DNA from: Gemmatimonadota bacterium | GTDB taxonomy: Bacteria; Latescibacterota; UBA2968; UBA8231 | Length of the DNA: 43,301 bases | Assembly (NCBI GenBank): GCA_038128265.1 | Contig: JAYPJE010000011.1 | Coordinates: 1 to 43,301, forward strand | Reading direction: 5' to 3' | Part shown: in pieces, positions 20,433-32,870 of the stretch | Layout: the number at the start of each line of letters is the position of its first letter | How positions within the stretch are numbered: position 1 is the stretch's first letter | The notes under the pieces: generated by a model | Told to the model about the DNA's origin: nothing | What the model saw: only the letters and a program-made list of their open reading frames with translations | The model's database searches: none | Made by a program: the position numbers and the translations under genes

Positions 20433-20507
20433 AGGTGCGCGTTTTGCAGTAATAAAGGGAAGAAATTGCTCGCTATAAAGCGAATGAACGCCGGTTTGAT
20501 TCATATG

Positions 20508-20520
20508 TAAAGTATTGATA
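20508..20520 (-). promoter_or_regulatory. IHF-consensus site
   Basis: The minus strand reads TATCAATACTTTA, matching WATCAANNNNTTR, in an AT-rich tract 30 bp upstream of a sigma-54 motif. Confidence 0.6.
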
Positions 20521-20549
20521 AAAATAGAATTAATACAGATTGAAGTCAA

Positions 20550-20565
20550 TGGCATAGCGGTTGCT
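20550..20565 (+). promoter_or_regulatory. Putative sigma-54 (-24/-12) promoter
   Basis: TGGCAT-AGCGG-TTGCT with exact GG-N10-GC spacing, 40 nt upstream of ATG 20606. Confidence 0.75.
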
Positions 20566-20605
20566 TATCTGGAGCAGACCCTTTGTGTTTGAGGAGTGAT
20601 GCTCG

Positions 20606-20989
20606 ATGAGTGAAGTGGGTTTTATTCTGTTATCGGCGCTTTTCTTAGCCGTTCCCGTCGTTATCAAGTATGCCATTGCCTTTCAGGTTCGCGGTCTGTT
20701 GGACCACGTGCGCAGTCAAGAACGCTTGGTGCATGCGCTCTCTATACAGCTGGACGGATTGGAAAGTGAGAAAGTCGTAGTGCGTCGTGCGCTGTCCCAG
20801 GTGCGTTCTCAGCGGACGCAGGCGGCAGTCAGACGTCAGCAAGAAGAGGAGCGCCTTCAGCGCGTGCGCCAGCTAGCGGAGGCTGCTGCTCCGCGCCGTC
20901 GTATGGTCATGAGTGGGGACGCCCCCGCGTTGGCGATGCCCGTGTTGGAAGAGGTTATTGACGTCGATGAGGCCGAAGTCGCCGCCTAG
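20606..20989 (+). CDS. Hypothetical membrane-anchored coiled-coil protein
   Basis: GAGGAG RBS; N-terminal hydrophobic helix, then an R/Q/E-rich heptad region and an acidic tail. Confidence 0.75.
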   Translation: MSEVGFILLSALFLAVPVVIKYAIAFQVRGLLDHVRSQERLVHALSIQLDGLESEKVVVRRALSQVRSQRTQAAVRRQQEEERLQRVRQLAEAAAPRRRMVMSGDAPALAMPVLEEVIDVDEAEVAA

Positions 20990-22401
20990 CGACAGCAGCG
21001 AAACCCCGTTATGGGCTGTTCCAGGCTCTGCCGGTCAAATCCGCTAAGGTCATCGACAAACTGCTGGATAGCCGGGGCATCGGAAAAGTCGAAGTCTTGC
21101 CCTTGTAAAAAAGTAAACTCAAAAAGCTCTAGCGCTTCGCAGGTGGCACCCACGCTCGGTTCGTCCAAGATCAGGCTGCTGCGGCTGCTGCGCGCTGCCC
21201 AGTCGCCAAATACGCTCAAATTACCCGTCCACTCGCGCAGATTACCCGTCAGATCGTATACGCCGTTGCCGGGATGGCAGTTGGGATAGCTACCCGAATC
21301 GGCAATCTCGTTCTCGAAATTATTGGCTGGATCGAGCGTGCTGTGGTACGAACGCTCCGTATTGCAGAAGCGCAGGCCAAAGTTATCCAGCGATTCTAGG
21401 TTGTTCGGGTCGTCTAGCGACGAGTAGGCTTTCTGTTGGCTGCCTTTGCACGTGAACTGCCACTCCGTTGGATCGCACAGGCGCTTGCCCTCGGCGGCGC
21501 AGAGCACGGCGGCTTCAAACCAAGTGGCCTGCTGCGGCCGTTCACCCCGGCGGTTGGGGTATTCGTAGACATCCATTTCATAGGTGTAAATCGTGCCGTC
21601 GAGCAGAGGCAATTCCAAGCGAACCATGCCGCCTTCAGGGAGGGGTTCATCGATGGCAACCTGTACATTGATATCTTGCTCGACTACGAGATCGCCGTCG
21701 CTAACGGCAATGCGCAGCTGGTACTGGCCGGGAAAGAACGGGATAAAGGAGCCGCGTGCGCCGATCTGTGCTCCACTTTCCTCATCTATTATGGGTGCGC
21801 TAGAAAGGGTTAGAGGGGCATTGTCGTCGAGCTGCTGCCATTCGTAGGTCAGCACGTCGCCGTCGAGGTCCGAGGCGAGGGCGTCGATGGATACAATGGG
21901 AGCGCTAAAAGAGACGGTTGTATCGCCGATTGCGCTAAGGACGGGGGGGCGCTGGACGACGTTGACGAGGAACGAGACAAGCTGAGTTGATGCATCGCCG
22001 AGGCAGGTTTGGCGATCCTCTTCGAGCGCGACGGCGCCGCAGTCGCGGTCGGATATGCTGGCCTGTATGAGGAAGATCTCTGAGTTGCTCTCGATCTCCT
22101 GCGGTGCAAACCAGGAAGTTTCCGCCGCCAGCGAATCGCGGAAACTGCCGGCGCCAAAAGAGGTCCAGCGGTAGAACAGAGGATCGTCGTCTTCGTCTGT
22201 TGCAAAAGCGCTGAGCTCGACCTCGCCCCCGCGGCGAGTCAGGCAGGTCTCGCCCATGGACAGCGTGTCCCGCTGGCCGTCGGCGCTTATGCAGACAAAG
22301 CGCGCCATTTCAACTACGGGCGCTTCGTTAGGAGAATCTTGGTGAATGAGGCTACAGGCGCTCAATAGGGAGAGGAGCGCCAGAAGGGCTGTGCGAATCA
22401 T
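20986..22401 (-). CDS. Lipoprotein with Ig/PKD-like domains and a C-terminal FGE-sulfatase (SUMF1)-like domain
   Basis: Lipobox LLSA-C; two 'A.D.D.D.L.Y.W' Ig-like modules; MDVYEYPN, TWFEA..LC...GKRLC...EW..TC, GVYDLTGNLREW and GFRCC motifs. Confidence 0.75.
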   Translation of the reverse strand: MIRTALLALLSLLSACSLIHQDSPNEAPVVEMARFVCISADGQRDTLSMGETCLTRRGGEVELSAFATDEDDDPLFYRWTSFGAGSFRDSLAAETSWFAPQEIESNSEIFLIQASISDRDCGAVALEEDRQTCLGDASTQLVSFLVNVVQRPPVLSAIGDTTVSFSAPIVSIDALASDLDGDVLTYEWQQLDDNAPLTLSSAPIIDEESGAQIGARGSFIPFFPGQYQLRIAVSDGDLVVEQDINVQVAIDEPLPEGGMVRLELPLLDGTIYTYEMDVYEYPNRRGERPQQATWFEAAVLCAAEGKRLCDPTEWQFTCKGSQQKAYSSLDDPNNLESLDNFGLRFCNTERSYHSTLDPANNFENEIADSGSYPNCHPGNGVYDLTGNLREWTGNLSVFGDWAARSSRSSLILDEPSVGATCEALELFEFTFLQGQDFDFSDAPAIQQFVDDLSGFDRQSLEQPITGFRCCR

Positions 22402-23279
22402 TCGCCTTCGTCGTGCAGCAGCTCGAGAATGCGATCTAGATCCCCGTCGTCGTAAAATTCAATTTCTATGCGCCCTCTATCGCCGCTGCGGCGGATGTGA
22501 ATAGCCGTACCAAAGCGGTGCTGCAGGCGCTCTTCCTGTTCGCGAATCAGCGGATCGACATCGCGCGACTCGGCTTTGCTCTTCTTCTTTTTATCGCGCC
22601 CGCTGCGCCGCGCGTTGACGGCGCGTTCAACCTCGCGTGCCGTGAGCTTTTCCTCGGCCGCGCGGCGAGCCAGCTCGAGGCGGTCGTCGTCGTCGTCGAG
22701 GCCGAGCAGGGCGCGGGCATGGCCCATTTGCAGGCGACCCTGACGCAGAAAATCCTGAATTTCCAGCGGTAGGTTGAGCAGGCGCAGCAGATTGGCTACG
22801 GTGGAGCGGTTTTTACCGACTTTCTGCGCCACCTGTTCCTGGGTGAGAAAGCAGCGATCCATCAGCGCTCTGTAGCCCTCGGCTTCTTCGACCGGCGTCA
22901 GATTTTCGCGCTGAATATTCTCGATCAGCGACAGCTCCATCAAGTCCTGCTGCGACTCGATTTCGTGGACGATGGCTGGAATGGTTTCAAAACCGGCTTG
23001 GCGCGTGGCGCGCCAGCGGCGTTCGCCGGCAATCAGGTGGTAGCTCTGACCGACGCGATTGACCGTGATGGGCTGTATTACGCCCTTTTCCTGTATCGAA
23101 CGCATCAACTCGTCGATGTGCTCGGGATTGAACTCCGTGCGCGCCTGGAAGGGATTGGGCTCGATCTCGTCTACGTTGATATAGACGATCTGCCGGGTGC
23201 TATCGTCTGGACCGCCGCTGTCGGGGTGTTCGGGAATGAGGGCGTTGATGCCCTTGCCCAAGACCGGCTTCTTACCCAT
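22398..23279 (-). CDS. parB: Chromosome partitioning protein ParB
   Basis: [39 protein letters not shown] and the [16 protein letters not shown]. Confidence 0.97.
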   Translation of the reverse strand: MGKKPVLGKGINALIPEHPDSGGPDDSTRQIVYINVDEIEPNPFQARTEFNPEHIDELMRSIQEKGVIQPITVNRVGQSYHLIAGERRWRATRQAGFETIPAIVHEIESQQDLMELSLIENIQRENLTPVEEAEGYRALMDRCFLTQEQVAQKVGKNRSTVANLLRLLNLPLEIQDFLRQGRLQMGHARALLGLDDDDDRLELARRAAEEKLTAREVERAVNARRSGRDKKKKSKAESRDVDPLIREQEERLQHRFGTAIHIRRSGDRGRIEIEFYDDGDLDRILELLHDEGE

Positions 23280-24039
23280 GGTTGATCACTTCTCCTGCTA
23301 GGCTCATATAGTTTTGTGCACCGGGGGAGAGGATGTCATAGAGGACGATGGGCTGGCCGTGACTTGGTGCCTCAGCCAGTCGCACGTTGCGGCTGATGGC
23401 CGTCTTATACACCTTGTTGCCAAAGTACGATTTAACTTCGGAGGCGACCTGCCGCGATAGGTTGAGACGGCCGTCGTACATCGTCAGCAGCACGCCTGCA
23501 ATCTGCAATTTGGGATTGAGATGGCGCTGTATAAGGCGCACGGTATTGAGCAGTTTGCCCAGCCCCTCCAGGGCGTAGTACTCGCATTGTATCGGAATGA
23601 GAACCGAAGTTGAAGCAGTCAATGCGTTGATTGTCAGCAGGCCGAGCGAGGGAGGGCAGTCAATGATGATATAAGAGTAGTCGTCTTTAACTTTTCCCAG
23701 CAGCGTTTCGAGCTTCTGCTCGCGGGCGATGAGGTTGACCATCTCCACTTCGGCGCCGGCTAGGTTGACGTGCGAGGGCATGAGGGAGAGATAGGAAATC
23801 TTCGTCTGCAGCGTCACGTCTTGCGGTTCCTTGTGGCCGAGCAGGGCGTGATAGACATTGCCCGGCTCGACCTCTTCGGAATCTTGAAAACCGCAGCCCG
23901 ATGTCGCGTTGGCCTGCGGGTCCATATCGATGAGCAAGGTCTTCTGTTCGGCCACAGCCAACGAGGCGGCCAGATTGACGGCTGTGGTAGTTTTGCCGAC
24001 GCCGCCTTTCTGGTTTGCTATGGCGATGATCTTGCTCAT
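23272..24039 (-). CDS. parA: Chromosome partitioning ATPase ParA/Soj
   Basis: [37 protein letters not shown] and LAEAPSHG motifs. Confidence 0.97.
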   Translation of the reverse strand: MSKIIAIANQKGGVGKTTTAVNLAASLAVAEQKTLLIDMDPQANATSGCGFQDSEEVEPGNVYHALLGHKEPQDVTLQTKISYLSLMPSHVNLAGAEVEMVNLIAREQKLETLLGKVKDDYSYIIIDCPPSLGLLTINALTASTSVLIPIQCEYYALEGLGKLLNTVRLIQRHLNPKLQIAGVLLTMYDGRLNLSRQVASEVKSYFGNKVYKTAISRNVRLAEAPSHGQPIVLYDILSPGAQNYMSLAGEVINHG

Positions 24040-24045
24040 TGGGGC

Positions 24046-26688
<2,643 letters not shown>

Positions 26689-26797
26689 TCCTCAATACAC
26701 TTTCGCTAATGGTTGTAGTTGACCGGAAAATCGGGTAGCGCGTTTGCGCACCTGAGCCAGATATCGCAAGCGGGGGGCCCATCTTATTCAAACGCAT

Positions 26798-26826
26798 AAT
26801 ATATCTAAAAGGAAAATGCGGTGCAA
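26798..26826 (-). promoter_or_regulatory. Sigma-70-type promoter of the ppdK-parAB unit
   Basis: Minus strand: TTGCAC, 17-bp spacer, TATATT. Confidence 0.65.
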
Positions 26827-26831
26827 GAGGA

Positions 26832-27851
26832 TCAGTCCCAGACGCGCTCCCAGCGCCCGGTTTCAGCCGAGCGGTAAATTGCCAGGGCGGCGCGCAGTTC
26901 GCCGAGTGCGTATTCTGGCCCTGCTTCTAGCGGCTTGCCGTCGAGAACGGCGGCGGTAAAATCGGCGATCTCCGGACCAAATGACTGGGCATACCCCGGG
27001 CTGGAAAAGACCTTCTGTCCCTCGCGGTGCGCGGCGTTCCACAGCCAGAGTTCGGCGCCGTCCAAGCTGGCGCTGATGGTGATCTCGCCGAGGGTGCCGG
27101 TGATGCGCCACCAGGGGTCGGGGGCGAAAACCGTGTCGATCATCATGGCGTCGAACTGCGCCACTTTGCCTGATTGAAAGCGAAATAGGGCGCGCGTGAG
27201 CGACTCGCCCTCCATCTGTTGTAAGGGGTGATCAATGACTCCAACGACTGCGTCCAATTCGCCCATCCACATGCGCAGGGGACGTATCCAGTGCGAACCG
27301 CCGTCGATCGTGATGCCGCCGCCGGTGCGTCCGCGGTCAAAGCGCCAGGGTCGTGCCTCCTTAAACCAGTAGTCGTCGTACTCGTAGACAAACGCCGCGC
27401 GCGCAGTGATGATCTCGCCAATCACGCCTTCGTCTATGAGCTCTTTGGCCCTGACGATTTCGGGCCAGTACTGGGCATTCTCGGCCACCATAAAGACGGT
27501 GTCCGTTTTGCTCGCCGCCTGTAAGATTCGATCGCACGCGTCGAGCGTAGGTGCCATGGGCTTTTCCAGCAGGACGTGCTTGCCCGCCTGTAGGCATTGG
27601 ATGGCAATGCGCTCGTGCAGGTCGTGCGGCAGCATGAGGTCGACGGCGTCAAAGTCTCCATCTGAAAGGGCTTCGTCGATGGAGGAAAAGGCGCGACCAC
27701 CGGTTTCGGTTGCATAAGTCTGCGCCTTTTCTGGATCTGGGTCGACGCAGGCCGTAACGCGCACGTTGGGTGCGTGTTCGGCAAGGCCATCTAGGTGGTA
27801 GCGGGCAATTGCGCCGCAGCCGACAAAGGCCAGTTTGAGGGTATCGGACAT
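26832..27851 (-). CDS. Gfo/Idh/MocA family NAD(P)-dependent oxidoreductase
   Basis: FVGCGAIA Rossmann motif, AGKHVLLEKPMA and GGGITIDGGSHWI. Confidence 0.93.
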   Translation of the reverse strand: MSDTLKLAFVGCGAIARYHLDGLAEHAPNVRVTACVDPDPEKAQTYATETGGRAFSSIDEALSDGDFDAVDLMLPHDLHERIAIQCLQAGKHVLLEKPMAPTLDACDRILQAASKTDTVFMVAENAQYWPEIVRAKELIDEGVIGEIITARAAFVYEYDDYWFKEARPWRFDRGRTGGGITIDGGSHWIRPLRMWMGELDAVVGVIDHPLQQMEGESLTRALFRFQSGKVAQFDAMMIDTVFAPDPWWRITGTLGEITISASLDGAELWLWNAAHREGQKVFSSPGYAQSFGPEIADFTAAVLDGKPLEAGPEYALGELRAALAIYRSAETGRWERVWD

Positions 27852-27889
27852 GGTGCCTCTGAATGCGGATAGGGTGTGTAGGATTGAAA

Positions 27890-27933
27890 AACATAAAAAT
27901 CCAGTTGCTGCGTTGCAAATGGATTGTTATATA
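27890..27933. promoter_or_regulatory. Overlapping divergent sigma-70-type promoters (oxidoreductase and TonB receptor)
   Basis: Plus strand: TTGCTG(27905)-17-TATATA with an extended TGn. Minus strand: TTGCAA(27918-27913)-17-TATGTT. Confidence 0.45.
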
Positions 27934-27986
27934 GGAGTGCAGAATCGAACAGAGGGTATTCATACCCGTTTGAGGGAGGGATTGTC

Positions 27987-30827
27987 ATGGTAAAATTGTG
28001 GGCTGTTTTGTGCGTTGTATGGGCCGCCAGCGCCTTCGGCCAGGTGGAAACTGGTCTTTCTGGCACGGTTGCCGATGCGAATGGGGTGGCCATCGTCGGC
28101 GCCAATATTACGCTGGAAGCCGAGGGGTTTAAGACGGGCGCCATAAGCGACGCGGAGGGTCGATTTTCGCTGGACGACGTGCCGACCGGCCGCTATGTGC
28201 TGCGCGTTACCCACATCGGCTACGAAGAACTGGTTCGTGCAGACGTTGACGTCGACAGCGGCGCTTCGTTGACCTTCGATCTAGTCTTGAGCGAAGAAGT
28301 CATTCTGTTTGGCCAGAGCGTAGTTTCGGCATCGCGGCGACAGGAGAAAATTCTCGATGCACCCGCTTCGGTATCCGTTGTAGAGGCGGGCGATATTCGC
28401 GCTCAGCCGGTATCGTCAGTGGCCGAGCACATCCGCGACCTGCCGGCTGTCGACTTTGCACAGACGGGCCTGGCACAGGCCAATGTCGTGGTGCGCGGTT
28501 TTAACAATATCTTCTCTGGGGCGATGCTGACGCTGACGGACAACCGCATCGCACGCGTGCCCTCGCTGCGCCTCAATGCCTACAACTTTATCCCCGTTAC
28601 CAACGATGATATTGAGCGCATCGAACTCGTGCTGGGGCCGGGCTCGGCGCTTTACGGTCCCAACAGCGCGAACGGCGTAATGCACATCATAACGCGCTCG
28701 CCGCTGGACGAGCAGGGGACGAATCTCAACGTCGGTTTGGGCGAGCGCAGCGTGCGTCGTTTCTCTGCGCGCCACGCGGGCAAAGTAGGCGAAACGCTGG
28801 GATACAAACTCTCTCTGCAGTCCTATTCGGGAAGAGATTGGGAGTACGTGGACCCGCTCGAAATCAAGGCGCGCGACTACGACCTGTCGCGTATGTCCTC
28901 CGAGTTCCGTCTTGATTACAGGCCCAGCGACGACCTAACAGCCGTCGTTTCAAGCGGGTATAATAGCGCAAGCAACATAGAGATGACGGGGTTGGGCGCC
29001 GGCCAGGCCGACGGCTGGGTAAGCGGGTACTACCAGGCGCGCGTTGCCTATAAGGGGCTGTTTTTCCAGGCATTTCAGAACTGGACCGATGCGGGCGATA
29101 CCTTTTTGCTGCGCAGCGGCGACCCGATCAGAGACAAGTCGAGTTTGACGGTTCTACAGCTGCAGCATTCCTACGACTTGGGCGCACGCCAGCGCTTTAC
29201 CTACGGCACCGACGTGCTGCGCACGCGACCCGATACGGAAGGCACGATCAACGGAGCCAACGAAAATGACGACGATATCAACGAATTCGGTCTCTATTTG
29301 CAGAGCGAAACAACGCTGACCGACCAACTCGAGTTGGTGCTGGCTGCGCGCTACGACGATCACAACCGCATTCCCGATGCATCCGTCAGTCCGCGTGCGG
29401 CGCTTGTTTTTAAGCCGACGGATACGCAGACGCTGCGCTTTACATACAACAAGGCGTTCTCGACGCCGAGCAGCAACAACATGTACCTCGATCTCGTGTC
29501 TTCGCGCGACGCCTTCAGCACCGGAGCGCTGTTTCAGCCCGCGTTTGGTTTTGCACCAAGCTTCGATGTGCGCGCTCAGGGGACGTATCGCGGGGGCTTT
29601 GACGGCGGCATGAGCTTTATGCGATCGGCTAATGGCCGACCGCAGTTTCGCTCCCCGTTTGCTCCACTGGCCGGTGCGTCACCCGAACAGTATTGGAACA
29701 TGGGCGATCCGCTCTTTACCAACGTGATGTGGGGCGTTGGGCGCGGCGCTACGCTCGCACAGGTTACGCCAGTTTTTGCCCAATTGGTTACCGGCCAGCT
29801 CCAGGCTGCAGGCTTAGATGCCGCGACGGCACAGGCTACAGCAGGGGCGCTATCGGAGGCGCTGCCGGCGCTGATACCGCAGCAGCTGGCGGGCCTCGAC
29901 AATATGCTGATGTCGCTCAATCTGGAAAAAGTGGCCGCAGGCGACGCGGCGCCCTTTGATCCGGTTGCCGATGCCTACGACGTGCCGTTCACCCGTTCGA
30001 CGAACACGCAAACGTTGGAGCTTGGTTATAAGGGCGTGCTGGGCAACAAGCTGGTCGTTGCCGCCGACGCCTATCGCACGACCACGGAAAACTTTGTCGG
30101 TCCGCTGGCCGTGGAAACGCCCAACGTATTCCTGGAGCCTACGAGCCTGGCCGCTGCGCTGGGACCGGGCATTGCCGCGGCGATGGCCGATCCGGCCAAT
30201 GCGCAGGTTGCCGGAGCCGTCGCGGCACTGGATGGTGTTCAGTTGCCCGGTGTGATTGAAGGCAACGGCAACGGGACGGCCGTCGACGAAGTGACGGCGC
30301 TCTTTGTGCGGGGTGCGGCCAGTATTCCGTATGGGACGGTATCGCCCGAGCAGGCCTATGATCCGACGGCGCTGATTCTGACCTATCGCAACTTTGGTAA
30401 AGTGACGACCAGCGGCCTCGATCTGAGTATGGCCTATTACGCCAGCGACGCGCTGATGCTTTCGGGTGGGTTGGCCTATATCCAGAACAACTTCTTTGAG
30501 GACGTCGACGGCATAGCCGATATCGCGCTCAACGCGCCGAAGCTGAAGCTCAAAATGGGAGCAAACTACGCTCTCCAGGATTTGGGTCTGCGCTTGGGCG
30601 CGCAGATGCGCTACAGCGGCTCGTTTCGTCAGAGCTCGGGCGTCTATGTCGGCGATGTGGATGCCTACAGCGTGCTGGACCTGAACGTAGGCTACCAGCT
30701 GCCGATTGATTACGACGTGCGCTTGACGTTGGATATCGCGAACGCGCTGAACAGCGAGCACATCGAGTTTGTTGGTGCGCCGATGATTGGGCGTTTGGCC
30801 GTTATGCAGCTGAGCACAGCGTTCTAA
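27987..30827 (+). CDS. TonB-dependent receptor with N-terminal carboxypeptidase-regulatory-like domain and large loop insertions
   Basis: Signal peptide (ASAFG), G.V.D..G..I.GA.I domain, VVSASRR, plug motif IERIELVLGPGSALYG.N...GV, barrel strands and C-terminal Phe. ATG 27987 follows GGGAGG. Confidence 0.93.
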   Translation: MVKLWAVLCVVWAASAFGQVETGLSGTVADANGVAIVGANITLEAEGFKTGAISDAEGRFSLDDVPTGRYVLRVTHIGYEELVRADVDVDSGASLTFDLVLSEEVILFGQSVVSASRRQEKILDAPASVSVVEAGDIRAQPVSSVAEHIRDLPAVDFAQTGLAQANVVVRGFNNIFSGAMLTLTDNRIARVPSLRLNAYNFIPVTNDDIERIELVLGPGSALYGPNSANGVMHIITRSPLDEQGTNLNVGLGERSVRRFSARHAGKVGETLGYKLSLQSYSGRDWEYVDPLEIKARDYDLSRMSSEFRLDYRPSDDLTAVVSSGYNSASNIEMTGLGAGQADGWVSGYYQARVAYKGLFFQAFQNWTDAGDTFLLRSGDPIRDKSSLTVLQLQHSYDLGARQRFTYGTDVLRTRPDTEGTINGANENDDDINEFGLYLQSETTLTDQLELVLAARYDDHNRIPDASVSPRAALVFKPTDTQTLRFTYNKAFSTPSSNNMYLDLVSSRDAFSTGALFQPAFGFAPSFDVRAQGTYRGGFDGGMSFMRSANGRPQFRSPFAPLAGASPEQYWNMGDPLFTNVMWGVGRGATLAQVTPVFAQLVTGQLQAAGLDAATAQATAGALSEALPALIPQQLAGLDNMLMSLNLEKVAAGDAAPFDPVADAYDVPFTRSTNTQTLELGYKGVLGNKLVVAADAYRTTTENFVGPLAVETPNVFLEPTSLAAALGPGIAAAMADPANAQVAGAVAALDGVQLPGVIEGNGNGTAVDEVTALFVRGAASIPYGTVSPEQAYDPTALILTYRNFGKVTTSGLDLSMAYYASDALMLSGGLAYIQNNFFEDVDGIADIALNAPKLKLKMGANYALQDLGLRLGAQMRYSGSFRQSSGVYVGDVDAYSVLDLNVGYQLPIDYDVRLTLDIANALNSEHIEFVGAPMIGRLAVMQLSTAF

Positions 30828-30848
30828 TTTTTCGCTGTATAAATAGAC

Positions 30849-30886
30849 AAAAGGCCCCGTTAGATATCGATCTAACGGGGCCTTTT
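30849..30886. terminator. Bidirectional intrinsic terminator
   Basis: Perfect 17-bp inverted repeat AAAAGGCCCCGTTAGAT-ATCG-ATCTAACGGGGCCTTTT between convergent genes. Confidence 0.92.
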
Positions 30887-30911
30887 GCGTTTTGGTGGGA
30901 CCGGTGCGGGG

Positions 30912-31817
30912 CTAGCGGTCTGCAATAAACGTGCCGTTTTGCAGTTCGCTGAAGGCCTGTCGCAGTTCGGCTTCGGTATTCATAACGATGGGGCCGTACC
31001 AGGCGACGGGCTCTTCAATGGGGCGACCCGAAATAAGCAGAAAGCGCATGCCATCGGGGCCGGCCTGAACGGCTACTTCGTCGCCGCTGTCAAAGAGCAC
31101 GAGCGAGCGGTTGCCCAAGGCATCGGCCTCACCCGGGGCGACTTGTCCGACGATCTCCGTTTGCACGGCCTGCGGCGCCGAGGCGTCGCGGAACCAGCCC
31201 GATCCGGCAAAGATATAGGCGAATGCACTGCGGTAGGTGTCGACGGGTAGGATTTTAAACTGGTTGGGCGGAATCGAGATATCCAGATAGCATGGATCGG
31301 CGGCGATGCCATCGACCACGCCCTGCTGACCCCAAAACTGGCCGCAGATAACGCGCGCGGTCGTGCCGTCGTCGTCGGTGATTTCGGGGATGTCTTGTGA
31401 CAGCACGTCCTGGTAGCGCGGGGCCGTCATCTTGAGCGACGAGGGCAGGTTGGCCCACAGCTGAAATCCGTGCATGCGACCGGCGGCATCGCCGCGCGGC
31501 ATTTCCTGGTGTAGGATGCCGCGGCCGGCCGTCATCCACTGCACGTCGCCGGCACCCAAATCGCCGCTGTTGCCCAGGCTATCGCCGTGCGCCACAGTGC
31601 CGGCCAGCACGTAGGTGATCGTCTCGATGCCGCGGTGGGGATGCCAGGGAAAACCGGCCAGATAGTCCTGGGGGTTCTCGTTGCGAAAGTCGTCAAAAAG
31701 CAGAAAGGGATCCGTTTCGTCCGTTTGGCCAAAGCCGAATCCGCGGTGGAGTTTGACGCCGGCTCCTTCCTGCGTCGGCTGGGCCTGAAATGCTTCTTTT
31801 ACCGGTCGTATGGACAT
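30912..31817 (-). CDS. Pirin family protein
   Basis: DPFLLFD, GFPWHPHRGIETITY, QWMTAGRGILHQE, GFQLWANLP and EPVAWYGPIVMNT motifs. Confidence 0.95.
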   Translation of the reverse strand: MSIRPVKEAFQAQPTQEGAGVKLHRGFGFGQTDETDPFLLFDDFRNENPQDYLAGFPWHPHRGIETITYVLAGTVAHGDSLGNSGDLGAGDVQWMTAGRGILHQEMPRGDAAGRMHGFQLWANLPSSLKMTAPRYQDVLSQDIPEITDDDGTTARVICGQFWGQQGVVDGIAADPCYLDISIPPNQFKILPVDTYRSAFAYIFAGSGWFRDASAPQAVQTEIVGQVAPGEADALGNRSLVLFDSGDEVAVQAGPDGMRFLLISGRPIEEPVAWYGPIVMNTEAELRQAFSELQNGTFIADR

Positions 31818-31829
31818 GGCAATTCCTCG

Positions 31830-32423
31830 CTAGGGGCGGTTTAACCACGGGCGAACGTCGACGGCCTGCATGCCGGCTGCCCGCGCGGCCTGTAGGCCGG
31901 TATCGCCGTCTTCAAAGGCTACGCAGAATTCGGCCGGAACGCCGATGGCCTGCGCGGCGGCTAGAAAGACGTCGGGGGCAGGCTTGGCTCGCCCGACGTC
32001 TACAGAACTTACCACGGCTGCAAACCAAGGCAATACGCCTATCGCTTCCAGCGAGGCGCAGGCCGACGCGTGCGTGCTGCCGGTCGCCACGGCCATGGGC
32101 AGGGAACTGCGGTGGGTCCGGGCGATCTCGACGACGGGTTGCACGGGCTGCAGTGCCTGCGTGGGCATACTGTGAAAGCTCTGATCGCGTTCGTTGGCCA
32201 CGGCGTCGATGTCGACTTCAACGCCCTGTGCTGCGCTGAGGCGGCGTATGATATCGGCTATGGGCAGGCCGGCCCAGGCGTAGAACTGCGCTTCGGGAAA
32301 CGTGAGGCCGTGGCGGTGAAGCGTCGTGCACCAGGCGCGGTAGTGAAGCGGCATGGAGTCGACCAGCGTGCCATCGCAGTCGAATAGGAGGCCCCGGCAG
32401 TGCGCAGGGGGAGCCCAGTTCAC
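31830..32423 (-). CDS. HAD-superfamily phosphatase (YqaB/beta-PGM-like)
   Basis: FDCDGTLVDSMPLH, VATGS, KPAPDVF and FEDG..G..AA motifs. Confidence 0.92.
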   Translation of the reverse strand: MNWAPPAHCRGLLFDCDGTLVDSMPLHYRAWCTTLHRHGLTFPEAQFYAWAGLPIADIIRRLSAAQGVEVDIDAVANERDQSFHSMPTQALQPVQPVVEIARTHRSSLPMAVATGSTHASACASLEAIGVLPWFAAVVSSVDVGRAKPAPDVFLAAAQAIGVPAEFCVAFEDGDTGLQAARAAGMQAVDVRPWLNRP

Positions 32424-32797
32424 GTGCGCCCTAATCCCTTGCCAACAACGGCCAGCAGGCGGTCTGTGCGCACGGGCTTTTTTAGGACGCCAGCTACGCC
32501 CTGTGGCAGCGAGCGCCCGTCGGCCAGCGTTTGGTCGGTAATGAGGACGACCTTAGTATCGGGGCGTATCTTTTGCAGCACCTGCAGCGCGTTGGCTCCG
32601 GGCACGTCGTTGATACCCATGTCGAGGATGACCAGATCGATCTCGCGGTGGCGCTGTTGAAACAGCCCTACGCCGTCGCGCCCACTATCGGCATCGCACA
32701 CGGCATAGCCGTAGTATTCGAGTTGGCGTTTGAGCGTGGCGCGAGACATGGCGCTTGGATCGATCAGCAGCAGCGTCCAGGTCGGTTTTTCGCTCAA
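32420..32797 (-). CDS. Stand-alone response regulator receiver protein
   Basis: LLLIDP, DLVILDMG (phospho-Asp), VLIT and LKKP motifs; TTG start with an AGGAG RBS. Confidence 0.85.
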   Translation of the reverse strand: MSEKPTWTLLLIDPSAMSRATLKRQLEYYGYAVCDADSGRDGVGLFQQRHREIDLVILDMGINDVPGANALQVLQKIRPDTKVVLITDQTLADGRSLPQGVAGVLKKPVRTDRLLAVVGKGLGRT

Positions 32798-32827
32798 GGG
32801 ATTCTCCTATTGAGTCGGGCGTACAAG

Positions 32828-32870
32828 CGCCCAGCGAACGGCACCAAAATGGTGCACTATTCGCTGGGCG
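32828..32870. repeat. Long imperfect inverted repeat with an NtrC-box-like core
   Basis: CGCCCAGCGAA...TTCGCTGGGCG arms enclose GGCACCAAAATGGTGCA (32840-32856). Confidence 0.7.

Noticed and set aside
21444..21459. parS-like sequence TTTGCACGTGAAC near parB (similar at about 32418)
   Set aside because: Only the CACGTG core matches TGTTTCACGTGAAACA; the arms are not palindromic and the sites are within coding sequence.
26731..26755. Hairpin in the ppdK leader considered as a riboswitch
   Set aside because: It is a short imperfect stem with no recognisable aptamer consensus or expression platform.
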